Below are positions 27,204 to 32,000 of a stretch of 32,000 nt of DNA, in pieces. Under the pieces are notes generated by a model, which saw only the letters and a list, made by a program, of their open reading frames with translations, searched no databases and was not told the DNA's origin. Both the position numbers and the translations under genes were made by a program. Source of the stretch: Corynebacterium glutamicum ATCC 13032 (lineage in GTDB: Bacteria; Actinomycetota; Actinomycetes; Mycobacteriales; Mycobacteriaceae); contig NC_003450.3 of assembly GCF_000011325.1 (NCBI RefSeq), positions 360,001-392,000 on the forward strand, written 5' to 3'. Every line of letters starts with the position of its first letter. The first letter of the stretch is position 1.

Positions 27204-27459
27204 AAAAGTAGAAATTATCGACCTTTAACGCCATTGTGATTAGTATTTTGGCGTTGCCTCCTGAGCGACTTGCAAATAGTTCATTTCGGCAGAGTGCTAA
27301 CGGTTAGGCACTATTTTCCGTTAGTTCTTTTGTAGTCCCGACGCATCTAAGCCGAAACAGCTAAAAGTCGCACAGGGCCGTGTAATGCCCGTAAGAGATA
27401 TTTAAGGAATCTAAACTATGCCAATTCATGAACAGATCATCTTCTTCATCAACGAAATC

Positions 27460-27606
27460 TTAGGTTACGGCCTGCATGCTGGATCCTCCGCATTCAGTAA
27501 TCTTTCCCACAGCATCGGCTTGTTCTAAAACAGCACGGTGCTTAGACCGTACATAAAACACCTGCATTTCTGTGCCCATTTGGGCCCGGATGTGGGTGTT
27601 TTTCAT
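27460..27606 (-). CDS. Possible small ORF (48 aa from the ATG at 27606; the track gives 65 aa from 27657)
   Basis: MKNTHIRAQMGTEMQVFYVRSKHRAVLEQADAVGKITECGGSSMQAVT. GGAAG lies a few nt upstream of the internal ATG. I recognised no family, and it sits at the island/core boundary divergent from lpd. Confidence 0.25.
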   Translation of the reverse strand: MKNTHIRAQMGTEMQVFYVRSKHRAVLEQADAVGKITECGGSSMQAVT

Positions 27607-27691
27607 TTTCTTCCACTCTAAAATTAAGTATGGAAAACCAACCGCACCCGGATGCACGACAATGACCCACTAAACACGTATCCTTGAATGC

Positions 27692-29101
27692 GTGACTGAA
27701 CATTATGACGTAGTAGTACTCGGAGCCGGCCCCGGTGGCTATGTCTCCGCCATCCGTGCAGCGCAGCTTGGCAAGAAGGTTGCTGTAATTGAGAAGCAGT
27801 ACTGGGGTGGTGTTTGCCTAAACGTGGGCTGCATTCCTTCCAAGTCTCTGATCAAAAACGCTGAAGTTGCCCATACCTTTACCCATGAGAAGAAGACCTT
27901 CGGCATCAATGGCGAAGTGACCTTCAACTATGAGGATGCTCACAAGCGTTCCCGTGGCGTTTCCGACAAGATCGTTGGAGGCGTTCATTACTTGATGAAG
28001 AAGAACAAGATCATCGAAATTCATGGTCTTGGAAACTTCAAGGATGCTAAGACTCTTGAGGTCACCGACGGTAAGGATGCTGGCAAGACCATCACCTTTG
28101 ATGACTGCATCATCGCAACCGGTTCGGTAGTCAACACCCTCCGTGGCGTTGACTTCTCAGAGAACGTTGTGTCTTTTGAAGAGCAGATTCTTAACCCTGT
28201 TGCGCCAAAGAAGATGGTCATTGTTGGTGCAGGCGCAATTGGAATGGAATTCGCCTACGTTCTTGGTAACTACGGTGTAGATGTAACCGTCATCGAGTTC
28301 ATGGATCGTGTGCTTCCAAATGAAGATGCTGAAGTCTCCAAGGTTATTGCAAAGGCCTACAAGAAGATGGGCGTTAAGCTTCTTCCTGGCCATGCAACCA
28401 CTGCTGTTCGGGACAACGGTGACTTTGTCGAGGTTGATTACCAGAAGAAGGGCTCTGACAAGACAGAGACTCTTACTGTTGATCGAGTCATGGTTTCCGT
28501 TGGTTTCCGTCCACGCGTTGAGGGATTTGGTCTTGAAAACACTGGCGTTAAGCTCACCGAGCGTGGCGCAATCGAGATCGATGATTACATGCGTACCAAC
28601 GTCGATGGCATTTACGCCATCGGTGACGTGACCGCCAAGCTTCAGCTTGCTCACGTCGCAGAAGCACAGGGCATTGTTGCCGCAGAGACTATTGCTGGTG
28701 CAGAAACTCAGACTCTTGGTGATTACATGATGATGCCACGTGCAACCTTCTGCAACCCACAGGTTTCTTCCTTTGGTTACACCGAAGAGCAGGCCAAGGA
28801 GAAGTGGCCAGATCGTGAGATCAAGGTTGCTTCCTTCCCATTCTCTGCAAACGGTAAAGCAGTTGGCCTGGCAGAAACTGATGGTTTCGCAAAGATCGTT
28901 GCTGATGCAGAATTCGGTGAGCTGCTCGGTGCACACCTGGTTGGAGCAAATGCATCAGAGCTCATCAATGAATTGGTGCTTGCTCAGAACTGGGATCTCA
29001 CCACTGAAGAGATCTCTCGTAGCGTCCATATTCACCCAACGCTATCTGAGGCAGTTAAGGAAGCTGCACACGGTATCTCTGGACACATGATCAACTTCTA
29101 G
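27692..29101 (+). CDS. lpd: Dihydrolipoyl (lipoamide) dehydrogenase, E3 component
   Basis: 469 aa with a GTG start. FAD motif YDVVVLGAGPGGY, redox-active disulfide GGVCLNVGCIPSK and NAD motif MVIVGAGAIGMEFA. The C-terminal interface/His-Glu region is HIHPTLSEAVKEAA. The N-terminus matches my recollection of C. glutamicum Lpd. Confidence 0.95.
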   Translation: MTEHYDVVVLGAGPGGYVSAIRAAQLGKKVAVIEKQYWGGVCLNVGCIPSKSLIKNAEVAHTFTHEKKTFGINGEVTFNYEDAHKRSRGVSDKIVGGVHYLMKKNKIIEIHGLGNFKDAKTLEVTDGKDAGKTITFDDCIIATGSVVNTLRGVDFSENVVSFEEQILNPVAPKKMVIVGAGAIGMEFAYVLGNYGVDVTVIEFMDRVLPNEDAEVSKVIAKAYKKMGVKLLPGHATTAVRDNGDFVEVDYQKKGSDKTETLTVDRVMVSVGFRPRVEGFGLENTGVKLTERGAIEIDDYMRTNVDGIYAIGDVTAKLQLAHVAEAQGIVAAETIAGAETQTLGDYMMMPRATFCNPQVSSFGYTEEQAKEKWPDREIKVASFPFSANGKAVGLAETDGFAKIVADAEFGELLGAHLVGANASELINELVLAQNWDLTTEEISRSVHIHPTLSEAVKEAAHGISGHMINF

Positions 29102-29112
29102 AATCCACCTCG

Positions 29113-29144
29113 TTGGCCCTGTTTCTGTATGGAAACAGGGCCAA
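29113..29144 (+). terminator. Rho-independent terminator after lpd
   Basis: TTGGCCCTGTTTC (29113-29125) pairs with GAAACAGGGCCAA (29132-29144) around a 6-nt loop, starting 12 nt after the stop. It is followed by AACCGATTTT. Confidence 0.75.
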
Positions 29145-29247
29145 AACCGATTTTCAATCCAAACCGAGTGCTGGTTAGTGCTCATACTCACACAAACTTT
29201 TCGATTATCAAAGAGAATTATTTCTAAAATTCGGTATCGTCTAAGAA

Positions 29248-30171
29248 ATGAGTTTGCCAATAGCTCAGCATCAAAATGCTGTAAAAACTGTCGTGGTACC
29301 AGCTGCAGGAATGGGAACACGGTTCCTTCCTGCAACGAAGACAATTCCAAAGGAGCTTCTTCCTGTAGTTGATACCCCGGGTATTGAACTTGTTGCCAAA
29401 GAGGCTGCTGATCTTGGTGCAACTCGGTTAGCAATTATCACTGCTCCGAACAAAGACGGAATTCTTAAACACTTCGAGGAGTTCCCTGAGCTTGAGGCAA
29501 CTCTTGAGGCTCGCGGTAAGACTGATCAACTGAATAAAGTTCGAGCAGCTCGAGAATTGATTGCAACAGTTCCAGTGGTTCAAGAAAAGCCATTGGGGCT
29601 TGGTCACGCTGTTGGCCTTGCTGAGTCTGTGCTCGATGATGATGAAGATGTTGTGGCTGTCATGCTGCCAGACGATTTGGTGCTGCCATTTGGTGTGACC
29701 GAGAGAATGGCAGAAGTTCGCGCTAAGTTTGGCGGATCTGTTCTTGCAGCAATTGAGGTGGCTGAAGATGAAGTCTCAAATTACGGAGTATTTAAGCTCG
29801 GTGAACTCGATGCAGAGTCCGAAAGTGAAGGCATTAGGCGTGTTGTAGGAATGGTTGAAAAGCCTGCGCCTGAAGATGCACCATCAAGGTTTGCCGCAAC
29901 GGGCCGTTATCTACTTGATCGAGCTATTTTTGATGCACTGCGTCGAATTGAGCCTGGTGCTGGTGGAGAACTGCAATTAACAGATGCCATCGCATTATTG
30001 ATCGAAGAAGGCCATCCGGTACACATTGTGGTTCATGAAGGAAAGCGCCATGACCTTGGTAATCCAGCTGGGTACATTCCTGCTGTTGTGTACTTCGGAC
30101 TTCGTCATGCAGAGTACGGTTCCAAGATTCACCGTGCGGTGAAGGAAATACTCGCTGAGTTTGAATCTTAA
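29248..30171 (+). CDS. galU: UTP--glucose-1-phosphate uridylyltransferase
   Basis: 307 aa. Signature VVPAAGMGTRFLPATKTIPKELLPVVD, then QEKPLGLGHAV, VEKP and RFAATGRYLL. Confidence 0.93.
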   Translation: MSLPIAQHQNAVKTVVVPAAGMGTRFLPATKTIPKELLPVVDTPGIELVAKEAADLGATRLAIITAPNKDGILKHFEEFPELEATLEARGKTDQLNKVRAARELIATVPVVQEKPLGLGHAVGLAESVLDDDEDVVAVMLPDDLVLPFGVTERMAEVRAKFGGSVLAAIEVAEDEVSNYGVFKLGELDAESESEGIRRVVGMVEKPAPEDAPSRFAATGRYLLDRAIFDALRRIEPGAGGELQLTDAIALLIEEGHPVHIVVHEGKRHDLGNPAGYIPAVVYFGLRHAEYGSKIHRAVKEILAEFES

Positions 30172-30176
30172 AAAGG

Positions 30177-30210
30177 AAACCGCCTTCCACATTGTGGGAG
30201 GCGGTTTTCT
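30177..30210 (+). terminator. Rho-independent terminator after galU
   Basis: AACCGCCTTCCAC (30178-30190) pairs with GTGGGAGGCGGTT (30194-30206) with one mismatch, followed by TTCT. It starts 6 nt after the galU stop. Confidence 0.7.
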
Positions 30211-30211
30211 C

Positions 30212-30733
30212 ATGCGATTAGAATCTTATGCCATGGCTAAGAAAGTAGACACCTCGAACGCTACCCCCGCTCTAGCCCTTCTTACGGAGAGGCAGATTCC
30301 TTTTGAGCTGGATGTTCATGATGTAGATCCAAAATCATCAAAGGGCTTTGCATTGGATGCCTCTGAAGTAATGGGTGTGGAGCCGGAAGTGGTGTTTAAA
30401 ACGCTCATGGCAGATATTGATGGTGAACACGTGGTCGCGATTGTTCCAGCCAGCAGAACGTTGAATCTCAAGCAGTTGGCTAAGGCTGGAAAAGGTAAGC
30501 ATGCAAACATGATGGATCGCAGCCGTGCACAGGTAGTTACGGGGTATGTCCCTGGTGGAATCTCACCGATAGGGCAGAAGAACAAGCACCGCGTGTTTTT
30601 GGATGAGTCTGCAATTCTCCAGGAGCGAATCTACGTCAGCGCAGGGCGACGCGGGTGGTCCCTGATTATCGCCCCGGATGATGTTCTTCTGGCTACCGAT
30701 GGTGTTTACGCGGATATTGCTGATCATTCATAA
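30212..30733 (+). CDS. ybaK: YbaK-type Cys-tRNA(Pro)/aminoacyl-tRNA deacylase
   Basis: The track ORF (30161..) begins inside galU and its terminator. Plausible starts are ATG 30212 (GGGAGG 10 nt upstream) or ATG 30233. The protein is collinear with E. coli YbaK as I remember it: TPALALL..IPFE.H.., VFKTLMA, HVVAIVPASRTLNLKQLAKA, TGYVPGGISPIGQK and IYVSAGRRG. Confidence 0.8.
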   Translation: MRLESYAMAKKVDTSNATPALALLTERQIPFELDVHDVDPKSSKGFALDASEVMGVEPEVVFKTLMADIDGEHVVAIVPASRTLNLKQLAKAGKGKHANMMDRSRAQVVTGYVPGGISPIGQKNKHRVFLDESAILQERIYVSAGRRGWSLIIAPDDVLLATDGVYADIADHS

Positions 30734-30741
30734 AAGGTAAA

Positions 30742-30763
30742 ACCCACCCCCGCAGGGGTGCGT
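30742..30763. terminator. Hairpin between convergent ybaK-like and ramB, most convincing as the ramB terminator
   Basis: ACCCACCCC (30742-30750) pairs with GGGGTGCGT (30755-30763) around loop CGCA, with one mismatch. On the minus strand it is followed by TTTTACCTTTTAT. On the plus strand it is preceded by an A-rich run. Confidence 0.6.
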
Positions 30764-30783
30764 CGTAAAGCAAGCTCCTTTTC

Positions 30784-32000
30784 TTAGTACGGCGCGATAG
30801 TGGATTCGTGCGCGTCGATGTTGATGCGGCCGTGGACGGATGGGAATGCGCGCTGCGCGCAGTTCTCGCGGGTGCACACTCGGCAGCCGGACCCGATGGG
30901 GGTGGCGGTGGAGAGGTCCTGGAGGTTGAAACCGCGGGAGTACACAGTGCGGTCGGCGTGGCGCGCTTCGCAGCCCAGGCCGATGGCGAACATTTTGTCT
31001 ACTTCGCCGAACCGGGCTTCGTGGTGTCGCACGGTGCGTGAGATCCACAGGTAGTTGCGTCCGTCGGGCATTTGCGCGAATTGGCGGAGCACTTGGCCGG
31101 GGTTGGTGAAGGTTTCAAACACGTTCCACAGGGGGCAGGTGCCGCCGTAGTGGGTGAAGTGGAAGCCGGTGGCGGATTGGCGTTTGGACATGTTGCCGGC
31201 GCGGTCGACGCGCACGAAGGTAAAGGGGATGCCGCGCAGGTTGGGGCGCTGCAGGGTGGACAAGCGGTGGGCGGTTGTCTCATAGCCCACGCCAAAGAGT
31301 TGGCCTAGGTACTCGATGTCGTAGCCGGATTTTTCGGCCTCGGAGTGGAAGATTTTGTAGGGCAGCATCACGGCGGCGGCGAAGTAGGAGGCCACACCGC
31401 GGATGGCTAGGGTGCGGGCTTCGGGGGTGGACCAGATGCCGTCGTCAACGATACCTTCGATGAGGTCGTTGGCTTCTAGGTAGCCGAGTTCGGTGGCCAT
31501 GCGGAAGGCGCGTTGCCCGGGGTTGAGGCGTGCGTGGATTGTCAGCAGACGCGTCTCGGGGTCGAAGTGGTGCAGCGTGCCGGATTCCTCTTTGGAGGAG
31601 GTGATGGTGACATCGTGATCCATTTGCAGGCGGCGGGCGATCGAATCTTCCATGGCGCGGGAATCGTACGGCTGCCAGCCCAGTTGCGCGGCGATGGCTT
31701 CGGCGCGGCGGTCAAGGGCATCGAAGTAGTTTTGGCGGGCGTAAATGAAATCGCGGACCTCTTCGTGCGGCATGCTCACGGCCTCCGCGATGGGACGGCG
31801 TTCCTCAGGCGTGTTGGTGCGATTATCCACTGCGATGGAGAACTTATCGCGCACGTTTCGGTAACGCTGGTGCATTTCCACCATCGCGCGCGCTAGTTGG
31901 GGGTGGTTGTACACCATCTCCGAAAGCTCTTGCAGCTCCACGTTCGCAGGATTGATCTCCCGGTCCAGCATGACGTCTTGGACCTCGGCGAGCAGGCGGG
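30784..32000 (-). CDS. ramB: RamB-type regulator (XRE-family; ImmA/IrrE-like plus C-terminal Cys-rich domain), 5'-partial
   Basis: The frame stays open upstream of the listed Met (..[17 protein letters not shown]..) to the window edge, so the N-terminal HTH lies outside the window. The in-window part carries a HE..H-like region ([10 protein letters not shown]) and a conserved C-terminal domain. That domain includes Cys in [17 protein letters not shown] and [18 protein letters not shown]. This matches my recollection of C. glutamicum RamB and M. tuberculosis PrpR-type regulators. Confidence 0.85.

Noticed and set aside
27264-27277. RamB-box-like sequence AGCGACTTGCAAAT about 420 bp upstream of lpd
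   Set aside because: The RamB consensus as I remember it (A[A/G]AACTTTGCAAA) needs an extra T and different 5' bases. I found no second copy, so this looks like a chance resemblance.
28157-28936. 259-aa ORF antisense to lpd
   Set aside because: The lpd frame is unambiguous (CLNVGC, GAGAIGME, HPTLSE). The antisense ORF has no recognisable features.
30728-31896. Several 60-130-aa ORFs in other frames and on the other strand across ramB (30728-31048, 30800-31054, 30999-31295, 31072-31308, 31513-31896)
   Set aside because: They are expected by-products of very high GC content (few stop codons). Their products are Pro/Arg/Ala/Gly-rich, and the ramB frame explains the region.
1-32000. Scan for CRISPR arrays, tRNA/rRNA genes, and toxin-antitoxin, restriction-modification or other defence modules
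   Set aside because: I saw no regularly spaced direct repeats and no tRNA-like or rRNA-like sequence. I saw no ORF with nuclease, methylase, ATPase-defence or TA hallmarks. All sizeable ORFs are explained by glycan biosynthesis, IS debris or core metabolism.

Overview
The window reads as a Corynebacterium chromosome segment. Gene order and protein sequences match what I remember of the C. glutamicum cmt1-wzz...lpd-galU-ramB region, but this rests on memory and motifs, not a search.

Layout:
- Left flank (1-3.2 kb, minus strand): a partial signal-peptide protein, a FUSC/ArAE-like membrane protein, and the mycolyltransferase cmt1 with a clean intrinsic terminator.
- Centre (3.8-27.2 kb): a Wzx/Wzy-dependent cell-surface polysaccharide locus.
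  - A tightly coupled operon: Wzz/BY-kinase, LMW-PTP, Asp-box secreted protein, CapD/PglF-like dehydratase, DegT/PglE-like aminotransferase, PglC-like phosphoglycosyl transferase.
  - An AT-rich mosaic part: GT4, Wzx, MurA-like and MurB-like paralogs, GT2, decayed IS3 and ISL3 elements, an AT3-SGNH acyltransferase broken by one amber codon, a UDP-glucose dehydrogenase, a MITE-like insert, Wzy, GT2 and a PglD-like acetyltransferase.
- Right flank (27.7-32 kb): core genes lpd, galU, ybaK-like and the 3' part of ramB, each followed by a hairpin.

I saw no rRNA, tRNA, CRISPR array or recognisable defence or toxin system.

Most unusual items:
- The MurA/MurB pair embedded in the glycan locus, with an expanded Gly-rich catalytic loop in the MurA-like protein.
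- A bacillosamine-type (PglF/E/C plus distal PglD) module split across the island.
- The single-codon inactivation of the O-acyltransferase, which is bracketed by IS wreckage.
- An uncharacterised 552-bp element with terminal inverted repeats (TIRs), a 10-bp direct duplication and a 48-nt internal palindrome.
- An Asp-box beta-propeller-like protein translationally coupled into the kinase/phosphatase operon.

All homology calls come from motif recognition by eye. GC figures are hand counts of single 60-nt lines.
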